Origin: Leptolyngbyaceae cyanobacterium
GTDB lineage: Bacteria; Cyanobacteriota; Cyanobacteriia; Phormidesmidales; Phormidesmidaceae
Direction: 5' to 3'
Length of the DNA: 64,000 nt
NCBI GenBank assembly: GCA_965263355.1
Contig: CBDHHL010000032.1
Location: 1,824,001-1,888,000, forward strand
In this document: one piece after another, positions 9,810-18,312 of the stretch
Position numbering within the stretch: the stretch's first letter is position 1
Layout of the letters: the number at the start of each line of letters is the position of its first letter
The notes under the pieces: generated by a model
The model's database searches: none
What the model was told of the DNA's origin: nothing
Seen by the model: the letters and a program-made list of their open reading frames with translations, nothing else
Made by a program: the position numbers and the translations under genes

Positions 9810-10016
9810 CTATTCCACTACATTAGAATGGCTACTGACATGACTGCTAGAATAGCTATGGGTTTGATTTGGAAAGGTTTCAACCTCGACGCTTTGTTGG
9901 TATGTTGTATAACTCTCAGCTTGGTCATCAGAGATAATGACAACGCTGCTTGCTTCGGCAATAACCTGACCATTTTTAGTAATGACGCGTTTTTTAACAA
10001 CTTTTTTCTGTGTCAT
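9810..10016 (-). CDS. Small hypothetical protein (68 aa) in the secretion locus
   Basis: AGGAGA RBS upstream; co-oriented between the PPIase and hetP genes; alternating V/I/S pattern; no GG leader. Confidence 0.6.
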   Translation of the reverse strand: MTQKKVVKKRVITKNGQVIAEASSVVIISDDQAESYTTYQQSVEVETFPNQTHSYSSSHVSSHSNVVE

Positions 10017-10159
10017 TGGTTTATTTCTCCTAATTGGTTGCTGTCTCTGTTTTGTACTATAAATTAGCTTGAAATCAATGCTGATTTACTAAACCTTATT
10101 CACGTCTAGAATAGAAGTCTTCCCCTCAAGGAAGCTATAGGGTGAACCTTGAGCACAGC

Positions 10160-10924
10160 TTAAACTGTCGTTTTCAATATACTTGAATCCAATTCGCTAT
10201 AAAGCAGATGGTTGATCTCTCGTTCTAACCACTCGTCAAATAAATCTTGGATGATTTCTTGTCGAACTTCATTGGTTAGTTGGGCTGGGATAAACGCTTC
10301 AACCATAAACAGATGGTAACTAGACTCTATTGCAAGGGGTCCAATAATTGTCCCTAAGGAAGCACCAAAGATGGCAGCTGCAACCTGGGGTTGCAGGTCC
10401 CAACGAGATAGCTTACCTTCATAACCGCACCGTAATCGACGCTCTGGGTCAGTATCATATCTATGGGCAGCTGCATAAAATGTGATCTCTTTTTCTAAAA
10501 TTTGATAGCAGATCTCTTGCACAACGTGGGGATCGTCAACCTGCAGCTGATAGAGTAAAACCTGATCAAATTGAAGTTTATTTTGTGAGAAATATTTTTC
10601 GACTTCCGAGTCAAATAATACATTTGCTAGCTTTTTCTCTAACAATTTTGAATATATACCCGCTTCCCAGTCGTCAACAGACATTAATTGATCTGCTAGC
10701 CAGACAAACGTATCCGCTGCTTTTTCTAGCTGATATTCGCGACGAAACTGCTCAGCTTCAGCTTGAATTTCTAGAGGTCCGATGGTTAGGTTTTGATTAC
10801 GAGCACTATTCTGAATAACGCGTTGACTCAACAATTTTTGATAGATATTTCTCAGTTGGATTGTTTGTCTAAAATAACTAACAATCTCTTCCGAAGTAAA
10901 GTTGACCTTTGAAAAATCTGCCAT
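10160..10924 (-). CDS. PpiC/SurA-type peptidylprolyl isomerase (T1SS-associated foldase)
   Basis: Helical N-domain (EIQAEAEQFRREYQL) plus degenerate parvulin domain (FYAAAHRYD...CGYEG...IIGPL...YHLF). Confidence 0.8.
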   Translation of the reverse strand: MADFSKVNFTSEEIVSYFRQTIQLRNIYQKLLSQRVIQNSARNQNLTIGPLEIQAEAEQFRREYQLEKAADTFVWLADQLMSVDDWEAGIYSKLLEKKLANVLFDSEVEKYFSQNKLQFDQVLLYQLQVDDPHVVQEICYQILEKEITFYAAAHRYDTDPERRLRCGYEGKLSRWDLQPQVAAAIFGASLGTIIGPLAIESSYHLFMVEAFIPAQLTNEVRQEIIQDLFDEWLEREINHLLYSELDSSILKTTV

Positions 10925-11179
10925 ATTTCAGAGTCTTTTAGGTAAATAACTCTTATGTATATCCAAAATCGTAACATGCCTGTAAAAGCAGCAATCGGCT
11001 TCAACAAGATTCAGGCAATTCAATGGGAAATTCCTAGAAAAGGTTACACATTCATATCAATAATCCAGAGTCAATGTGCAGCATATACAAACAAATAGTT
11101 CGTATTTCTGAAGAATAGCTTGAGCCCAACAAGAAATCAGGCCATTTTGGCCTAATGTATATTTTGTAACAAAAATCCT

Positions 11180-11228
11180 AAAAAAATGATACTCAAACAG
11201 GTTGCAAAGAACAGCTGTTTGAGTATCA
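11180..11228 (-). terminator. Intrinsic terminator downstream of hetP copy 2
   Basis: TGATACTCAAACAG / CTGTTTGAGTATCA 14-bp arms; A-run at 11180-11186 gives a U-tail on the minus strand. Confidence 0.75.
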
Positions 11229-11271
11229 AAGCTAAAGCATTAGAAAAGATATAACCTGTTCTTGGAGCGGC

Positions 11272-11604
11272 TCACCGCGATTTGATACCTAAGCGGGGTA
11301 TACAAAATCTTGAACGAATTCGTCTGGGCTGAAATCCACCTTGTACAGAACGACTACTATGGTGACTGCTTTCTAAGTGTGATAAGTCTACAATTTTTGG
11401 TCTATGTCTATGGTTTTGGCTCTTCAAAGTAGTATTGTCGCCCCGCTTATATCCTGTCTGTTGTTGTCTAAGTAAGCGATTATAAGTACGACACGGGATG
11501 TATTCTTTGGGGTTATATCCTTTTTCACGTAGCCATAATACACAAGCCCATGAGTATTTACCCTCTAAAATGGCTGTCATCACATCATCTGACTGCTTAT
11601 CCAT
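11272..11604 (-). CDS. hetP: HetP-family protein (copy 2)
   Basis: AILEGKYSWACVLWLREKGYNPKEYIPCRTYNRLL motif. Confidence 0.85.
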   Translation of the reverse strand: MDKQSDDVMTAILEGKYSWACVLWLREKGYNPKEYIPCRTYNRLLRQQQTGYKRGDNTTLKSQNHRHRPKIVDLSHLESSHHSSRSVQGGFQPRRIRSRFCIPRLGIKSR

Positions 11605-11760
11605 TTTTCGACACCCTCTATCTGTTGGTCAATTAATGATTGTTTTCTATTCCTAAATAATTGATCTATTTGCGAGGATTCTCACCTGAATTATTTCAAG
11701 ATTCTATGAAGAATCCATAGAATCCTAATTGAAATTGACATAGAGTCTAAAATTCAGCCC

Positions 11761-13098
11761 TTATAAGTTAAGTCCTCCTTTTTGTAACTGCTTAAAGGGA
11801 TCAATCAAGATATCGATGATTCGACGTTGACGAATACTAATATCAACGGTAGCCGTCTGTCCCGGTTTAAATTGTTTGATTCCTTTTTCTGTTTCCAATC
11901 GGTTTGTTGAGAGGGCAATTTCTAGTTCATAAACATCCCCCAAGATGTCATCTTTGACGGTACCAGGGGCAACCTTCTCTACACTCCCGTCAATAACGCC
12001 ATAGTCTTGAAATGGATAGGCATCAAATTTAATCCGGGCAGCCATCCCTTGTTGTATAAACCCAGCATCTCGGTTAGCAAGCTTGGCAGATAACACTAAT
12101 GGGGCTCCCTCAGGCGCTATTTCAGCAATAGCCTGTCCCGCCTGTACAACTTCATCGGGATTGGCAATATTAAGGGCAAGGACCACACCATCAACAGGGG
12201 CCATTAGGGTGCTATGGGCTAATTTGGTGCGAGCCCCTTGCAGTTGAGTCTCAGTTTCAAAAATGTTAGCTTTGAGCTGGGTTATTTCCACCTTTAGCTG
12301 TTGCAGGCGTTGTTGGATTTCTAATATATGGCGTTGCCCTTCCGCTTGTTTTTGTGTTTGTTCTGCACCTAAACGCCTGATTTCTGAAAGCTGCTCTCGC
12401 AAATTGCCCTGTTGTTGAGTCATGGTTTGCTGGCGTACTAGCAGAGATTGCTCTGCGTCAAAAAAATATTCTTTGGAAATTGCACCATTTTCCTTTAATG
12501 AATTTAATCGTTGAATGCGGTCTTTATGGGCTACAATTTCTGCCTGAATTTGCGCTATTAACGCTTGTGTAGTATCTACATTGGATTTAACCCGTTCAAT
12601 GGCTGCAGTGTGGGCCAGGGTATCGGCCTGGACGCCTGCCTGACGAGTCTGCATTTCTATATGGGTTTGTTCGACTAATGCTTGAGTTTGACTAAGTTTC
12701 TTTTGGGCCGCCTTTAATACTTGTTCTAATCGCTCAATTTCATTCTGATCAAGTCGATCATCTAGTTGAAGCATCACTTGTCCAGCTTTAACCAAATCCC
12801 CTTCTTTGATAAAAATATCTGATACCTTGCCCTGTTGAATAGGCATAACTTTGTAAGCTTCACCTTGGGGAACAAGCTTGCCGCGGGCAGAGCTGACTTC
12901 TTCGACTTTGCCGACATAGGCCCAGATTCCAAATGCAAGGCAAAAGCCTATGCCGCCTGCAAGTAGACGATAGGGGAGTTGTGCAGGGGGGCGATCTAAG
13001 GTTGATTGTACAGCTAGGGACCAGGTGGCAGCTGTGGCCTGGTCAGGTGATGATATCGATTTATGGGGAAAATCGGGGGCATTCGAGAAATTTGTCAT
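11761..13098 (-). CDS. HlyD-family type I secretion membrane-fusion protein
   Basis: N-terminal TM, ARGKLVPQG, long coiled coil, APVDGVV, KFDAYPFQDYG, DPFKQLQKGGLNL end. Start likely 13098 (ORF track starts at 13140). Confidence 0.92.
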   Translation of the reverse strand: MTNFSNAPDFPHKSISSPDQATAATWSLAVQSTLDRPPAQLPYRLLAGGIGFCLAFGIWAYVGKVEEVSSARGKLVPQGEAYKVMPIQQGKVSDIFIKEGDLVKAGQVMLQLDDRLDQNEIERLEQVLKAAQKKLSQTQALVEQTHIEMQTRQAGVQADTLAHTAAIERVKSNVDTTQALIAQIQAEIVAHKDRIQRLNSLKENGAISKEYFFDAEQSLLVRQQTMTQQQGNLREQLSEIRRLGAEQTQKQAEGQRHILEIQQRLQQLKVEITQLKANIFETETQLQGARTKLAHSTLMAPVDGVVLALNIANPDEVVQAGQAIAEIAPEGAPLVLSAKLANRDAGFIQQGMAARIKFDAYPFQDYGVIDGSVEKVAPGTVKDDILGDVYELEIALSTNRLETEKGIKQFKPGQTATVDISIRQRRIIDILIDPFKQLQKGGLNL

Positions 13099-13222
13099 AG
13101 GGATACGCTCTGAAGATAGGGGCTTTGAAAATGGAGGCACTGAATAGTGCAGTGATTATCAATTTTTTTCATTCGAGGGACAGAGCAAAATAAGCGTTAA
13201 ACCTTAAGAAATTGCCCATGGC

Positions 13223-16200
13223 TTAGCCCATGAGCTGTTGTTGGGCTAAATAGTAGTAAAGCCCTTGTTCTGCAATCAACTGATCGTGGTTGCCCTGCTC
13301 CACTAAAATGCCTTGGTCCAGGACAAGAATGCGATCCACCTGGCGTACCGTTGATAACCGATGAGCAATGATAAATGTAGTATGGTTACGACTCAGCTGG
13401 GCCAGGTTATGTTGAAATCGACGTTCTGATTCAGTGTCCAGAGAGCTGGTTGCTTCGTCTAAAATCAGTACCCGAGGCTTTCCGAGCAGTGCCCGCGCAA
13501 TGGCAATCCGCTGTCGTTGCCCGCCTGAGAGGGTAGCTCCTCGCTCTCCTACCTTGGTGTTGTAACCCAGGGGTAAGGCTTGGATAAAGGTATGGGCTTC
13601 GGCTAGCTTAGCAACCTCAACAACATCATCAATTGTATAGTTGGGCCGATATAATGTAATGTTGTCCAGAATCGTTCCAGAAAATAGAAAACAGTCTTGG
13701 GGAACCACACCTAGTTGCGATCGCAACGAATGGGGAGCAATATGTCGAATATCATGACCATCAATCAAAATACGCCCGCTACTTGGTTGGTATAACCCCT
13801 GTAGTAAACTAATGAGTGTTGTTTTCCCTGAGCCACTGCGTCCTACGATAGCAACGGTTTCTCCAATGGGCACCTCAAATGATACATTTTGCAGGATATT
13901 CCGCTCTTCATCTTCTGCATAACGAAAGGTAACATTGTCGAGCCTAATCTGCCCCTGAATGGAGGGAAGTTGCAGCATAGTTTCCTGGGCCGCTTCCTCA
14001 GGCTTGGCAGAAAAAATATCATTGAGGCGTTCTACAGAGATTGTTATCTCCTGAAACTCGTCCCATAAACCAACGAGTGCTAAAACAGGTCCAATTACAC
14101 TGCCAATCAGCATGTTAAATGCAAAAAATTGCCCAATAGTCAGCTGATCCTGGATAACGAGATAGGCCCCATACCAAATTAAAGCAGTACTGCCCAGGGA
14201 ATGAATAACGCCACTGGATGCCTGCAGGGCATTCGCTAATTTTTGACCATGAAATCGGGCATTGAGCAGTTCAATCAAGTCATTTTCCCAACGCCATCGA
14301 GTTTCTTGTTCAACAGCAACTGTTTTGATCGTACCAATACCCGCCATGATTTCGACTAAAGTAGAATTTTCCTTCGCATCGGCATTAAAAATCCTGCGAG
14401 AGACTCGTCGTAGTAGAGGCGTGGCTCCAACGGCTAGCAACGCAATTAACGGGATAAAGACCAATACTACTAAAGTTAAATGCCAGTTGTAATAGGCCAT
14501 TAGCCCAATATAAACAACCATCATCAAGACATCTAGCCATACAATTATCAACTGTCGCGTAAGAAATAACTGAATTTTCTGTCCTTCCTCAACTCGGGTT
14601 GTAATATCACCCACATGGCGAAAGTCAAAAAACTTTAAGGGTAACCTCAACGTATGTTGTACAAACCCACTGAGTAATGAGAGGTCTAAACGATTGGAAA
14701 AGTAATCCAATAAATATTGGCGCACGGCGGTTAACCCAATTTTCCATAGGCCAAATAATAATAGACCCATGGCAAATACATTTAAGGTAACAACGCTGCG
14801 CTGTACCACTACCCGGTCCAGAATAACCTGTGTAAACAAGGGGGTGACTAATCCAAAAATCTGAATAAGTAGGGATGCCAGGATGATTTGAACAATCAGA
14901 TTGCGGTAAGGCCATAATAACCTCAATAGATTGCCCAGAGACTGTTGATTCTCAGTGGATAATGATTGTAATCGTGCAGTTGGTTCCAACAGCAGGGCAT
15001 ATCCAGTCCAACCAGCCAAAAAGTCTTGACGCTGGAGCCATTTACGTCCCTTTGCCGGATCCGCAACCAAAATACTTCTATGATGAATCTGGTAGACCAC
15101 AATATAGTGATTACCTTGCCAGTGAGCCACAAAGGGACCTTGTATTTGAGATAGGCGATCCAAACTAGCACGGACTGGTTGAGCATCAAATCCAACCTTT
15201 TCGGCAGCCCTCACCAGTCCCTTCAGGGATGTTCCCTCACGACTGGTACCTGCGAGTTCTCGTAGCACGTTTAACCCTATTTGTTTGCCCCAATATTGGG
15301 CCACCATGGCTAAACAAGCGACCCCGCAATCTGCCGTACTTTGCTGTTCAATAAAGGGAAACCCATGCCACGGTCGCCGACCTCGATATCGAGGCTGAGG
15401 AAACTCAACCACCGTTTTTTTAGCTAATTCCAATCCAGAAGCACTTGAGTCCAATGGAGTCAGTGATTGATGCGGCTGTCCAACCCTATTGTTAAGCTGA
15501 CTAATATTGGTCGTGTCCGCCTTGAATCCACGCTCCTCTGAACTACTCTTCTTCAGACCATTTGAAACTAGTTTGGAGTCCGAGGCGTGTAAAAATGGAA
15601 AGCGTGTCCACTGGTGCTGAGGTAGACTGTAAACCAACAAGGTTTCTTGAGCCACCCAGTCGTTTGAAACTGGTTGAGGATAGCCCCAATCATCACCTGG
15701 CAGTAATAATTTATGGCCACCGTGGGAGAGTTGAATACGGCCTTCTTTGAGCCAAAAATGACTGGTACTTCCTAACTCAGCTAACCGCTGTTGAGGCTCC
15801 AGCTGTTGTTGCTGACAAGCCGTGGCAAAGGATTCTAGCTCGTAACTACTCAACTCTTGCAGAGAAGTCATAGTTTTAAAGAAAATCAGCTTTTCACGAT
15901 GCTGAGCTTGAGTTTGTAAATATGTTTTCAGATCTGATAGCTGGTCAATCCAACGTTGAAGCACAGTTAACGGCATATATGCGGCCTCAACATTGCCAGC
16001 CGCTACAACCCGATAGGGCATGGCATGATTGCCCAGAATAGGTTCTGCCCCAAAGGTATCACCGCTCTCCAGGGATTGCACAGGGGTCTCCCCCATCTCC
16101 CCAGATTTAGCAATAATTCGGGCACGACCACAACATATTATGTAGAAACCTTTACGTTCTCTGTGATAGACCGATTGTCGAGACTCTCCCCCATATATAA

Positions 16201-16327
16201 ATAGTTCATCTCCCATCCTGTACTTACAACTTTGAAAGGCTCGATTGAAATCAGCAGAAATCCCTGGTTTTATATCTACATCAATGAGTGCAGAGATATC
16301 AAAAGGTACAGTAGAAAAGTAATTCAT
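13223..16327 (-). CDS. HetC-like peptidase-containing ABC exporter (cNMP-binding-like domains + C39 + ABC membrane + ATPase)
   Basis: C39 motifs QQSTADCGVACL, HWQGNHY, ADPAKG; Walker A GRSGSGKTT; LSGGQRQR; DEATSSLD; N-terminal cNMP-like GFYIICCGRARI...GDTFG. Confidence 0.93.
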   Translation of the reverse strand: MNYFSTVPFDISALIDVDIKPGISADFNRAFQSCKYRMGDELFIYGGESRQSVYHRERKGFYIICCGRARIIAKSGEMGETPVQSLESGDTFGAEPILGNHAMPYRVVAAGNVEAAYMPLTVLQRWIDQLSDLKTYLQTQAQHREKLIFFKTMTSLQELSSYELESFATACQQQQLEPQQRLAELGSTSHFWLKEGRIQLSHGGHKLLLPGDDWGYPQPVSNDWVAQETLLVYSLPQHQWTRFPFLHASDSKLVSNGLKKSSSEERGFKADTTNISQLNNRVGQPHQSLTPLDSSASGLELAKKTVVEFPQPRYRGRRPWHGFPFIEQQSTADCGVACLAMVAQYWGKQIGLNVLRELAGTSREGTSLKGLVRAAEKVGFDAQPVRASLDRLSQIQGPFVAHWQGNHYIVVYQIHHRSILVADPAKGRKWLQRQDFLAGWTGYALLLEPTARLQSLSTENQQSLGNLLRLLWPYRNLIVQIILASLLIQIFGLVTPLFTQVILDRVVVQRSVVTLNVFAMGLLLFGLWKIGLTAVRQYLLDYFSNRLDLSLLSGFVQHTLRLPLKFFDFRHVGDITTRVEEGQKIQLFLTRQLIIVWLDVLMMVVYIGLMAYYNWHLTLVVLVFIPLIALLAVGATPLLRRVSRRIFNADAKENSTLVEIMAGIGTIKTVAVEQETRWRWENDLIELLNARFHGQKLANALQASSGVIHSLGSTALIWYGAYLVIQDQLTIGQFFAFNMLIGSVIGPVLALVGLWDEFQEITISVERLNDIFSAKPEEAAQETMLQLPSIQGQIRLDNVTFRYAEDEERNILQNVSFEVPIGETVAIVGRSGSGKTTLISLLQGLYQPSSGRILIDGHDIRHIAPHSLRSQLGVVPQDCFLFSGTILDNITLYRPNYTIDDVVEVAKLAEAHTFIQALPLGYNTKVGERGATLSGGQRQRIAIARALLGKPRVLILDEATSSLDTESERRFQHNLAQLSRNHTTFIIAHRLSTVRQVDRILVLDQGILVEQGNHDQLIAEQGLYYYLAQQQLMG

Positions 16328-16621
16328 AACTTAACCTTCACAATGCGCAAGCAAAAGTCTCAAAAAACCTAAAGCTACAGCTTTAAATTTTTAAAAAAAC
16401 ACAGAGCCAAACATACAAATATAATACAGAGCCAAATATCAGGCCTGAACATACCCAGGCCTTGCATTAGCAAAAGATGATCAAAAAACTCAAGTACTAT
16501 GGCAGGCCTGTTTTCATGTCAACCTACTCTTATGGACACAGCACCTACCGCACTAGTACCTGTGTCTTAGAAATTGAACCAGATGAAAGTATGTCAACAG
16601 AAGTAAGGAAACACAAATTTT

Positions 16622-16802
16622 ACACTACGTCGATTATGACACTCAAATCCACGCCCGGTTCAAAACCGAGCGCTAATTGAAGGTTGCCTGAGTAAAGCGA
16701 CAAAACCGCTCGTGCTATTTGGGATTGCCTATAAGCTACTAGCCCCTTTGAGTGGGTTATATCCTGTTAGCCTTGGGTTTGAACTCTGGGCGGGATAAAG
16801 CC
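16622..16802. repeat. Dispersed REP-like repeat; related copies at ~26055-26140 and ~26202-26343
   Basis: Shared TCAAA(T/C)CCAC..(C/G)GGTTCAAAA in all three copies; ATCCTGTTAGCCTTGGGTTT...TGGG(C/T)GGGATA shared with the 26202 copy. Confidence 0.7.
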
Positions 16803-17231
16803 ACCTCGCCAGGTGCAAGATGTGAGTGAAACCCTTTTTAGGGAGGAGAGCGTTGCCTGACTATAAAAAAGCCGAAAAGTAGAAAACATTTTTCAGTATC
16901 ACTATGTTAAATCGAAGCAGAAATTTTTATAAAAAAGAGTGATTTTTGCGAACCCCATTGAGTTCGCATAGCCACGGTTTTATATATAAATATATATATG
17001 AGATATCAACAAAAAACAATGTTCAGTTTGAGTTGTTAGCAAATTTAAATAATATTTGACTGTTGTACTCTCAAAAAGGCAAATTTTATCTAACCTTTCA
17101 ACTAAAGTTTGAATAGCTCTGGTTGAAGCTGAGTGATATTAGTCTGCTTTAGAAATGCGTTGCCCTATCTAAGTTTGACGTCAGGATCATCAACGTATAC
17201 TTGGCTTGCATCACAAACAGGTTATGACACC

Positions 17232-17247
17232 TGTGAGGAATTTCACA
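17232..17247. promoter_or_regulatory. Perfect CRP-type binding site (TGTGA-N6-TCACA)
   Basis: TGTGAGGAATTTCACA, in the long non-coding region upstream of the hetC-like exporter. Confidence 0.55.
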
Positions 17248-17459
17248 TTTAGAAATGTAACACGAACTACTGAGGTGAGTTAGATAGCTTCTTAATAAAC
17301 TATTACCATTCTGTACCTAAAAACCATGTAGTATAGAGTGCAGTCCAGTTCATTTTTGTGCTATTCTAATGTAGTACAAAATGCTACTCATCGGTGTCTG
17401 CGGTCTAACCATTCATGCAATGTCAGGTTTGCAGTCGAACTGCAATTGATCGAGTCAGA

Positions 17460-17542
17460 TTATCTTTCCAAAAGCGTTTGAAACGATACTAACGCCTGCT
17501 TTAGTCGTTTGCCACTGACCCAGGTAAAGTCATTGTGACCTG
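17460..17542 (-). pseudogene. 3'-end remnant of a probable alpha/beta hydrolase, truncated by an IS end
   Basis: Translation GHNDFTWVSGKRLKQALVSFQTLLER* contains the catalytic-His GHND motif and abuts the TIR at 17543. Confidence 0.55.
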
Positions 17543-18152
17543 CAGCAATTCCAAATTCCAACTTAAGAACAGAAATCAGTATCCTGGAGCTAGCAATCGA
17601 GTCGTGCAAAGCGTAACCCTATCGGGTACAGTCAACTCATTCGGATGGGTCTTGCCTTGGGCAAGATAGTCGTTATGGCTTCAAGTGTGCTCAGTTTCGA
17701 CAGTTTGCTAGGAGGACTGACCTCGTGCATAGGAACGATGAAGGATGGGCGTCAGCCCAGTAACGCAACTCGTTATAGCCTTCAAGATGCAGTGCTGGGA
17801 GCGTTTAGTGCGTTTTTCATGCAAAGCCCGTCATTCCTCAGCAGTTCCAAATTCCAATTTACAGACATCTGAAACCCTTGATTTTCCGTTGGAATTGAGT
17901 TCACTCAGGTTTAGGGGGAGGGGCATAGTCAAGCGAAGGAGTTGGCTAGCTACTCCTCTATTTCGAAGATTGAGTCACAGGAATTAACTGATGGAAAGAA
18001 AACGACCATACCCTCAAACCTTTATAAATCAGGAGCTTTGCCTGGACTAGATATGCCTCTGAAAGTCTTCTAAAGTCTTTTTTAGCAAGGGTTTCACCCT
18101 TCTTGGGGCAGGCCAGCGCAGGCTGTCCTAAAGTTGGAATTTGGAATTGCTG
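17543..18152. mobile_element. Defective ISNCY-like element with terminal inverted repeats and a truncated transposase
   Basis: CAGCAATTCCAAATTCCAACTT at 17543-17564 and its exact reverse complement at 18131-18152. Transposase N-terminal fragment MASSVLSFDSLL...RQPSNATRYSLQDAVLGAFSAFFMQSPSFL is cut by a third end copy at 17839-17860. Confidence 0.8.
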
Positions 18153-18153
18153 A

Positions 18154-18312
18154 CGACAACTTTACCGAGATATTGAAGACGGACTTCTCAGAATCGGAAT
18201 AGAAGTCGAAGACCGGAGACGACCAGGCACGAAAAAGGCACGGTATTACATCAACATTCCTGCCACGAGAAAACGACTTAATTGCGCACCTGAGAAACGG
18301 AAGGTGGTTTAG
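18154..18312 (+). pseudogene. C-terminal remnant of a small basic DNA-binding (excisionase-like) protein
   Basis: RQLYRDIEDGLLRIGIEVEDRRRPGTKKARYYINIPATRKRLNCAPEKRKVV*; no start because it is cut by the TIR; convergent with and overlapping the integrase 3' end. Confidence 0.5.

Noticed and set aside
9436..16327. Evidence for heterocyst differentiation from hetP/hetC-like genes
   Set aside because: No nif or other het genes are in the window, and homologues occur in non-heterocystous cyanobacteria.
16477..16680. 67-aa ORF
   Set aside because: No recognisable motif or RBS, and it runs into a dispersed repeat.
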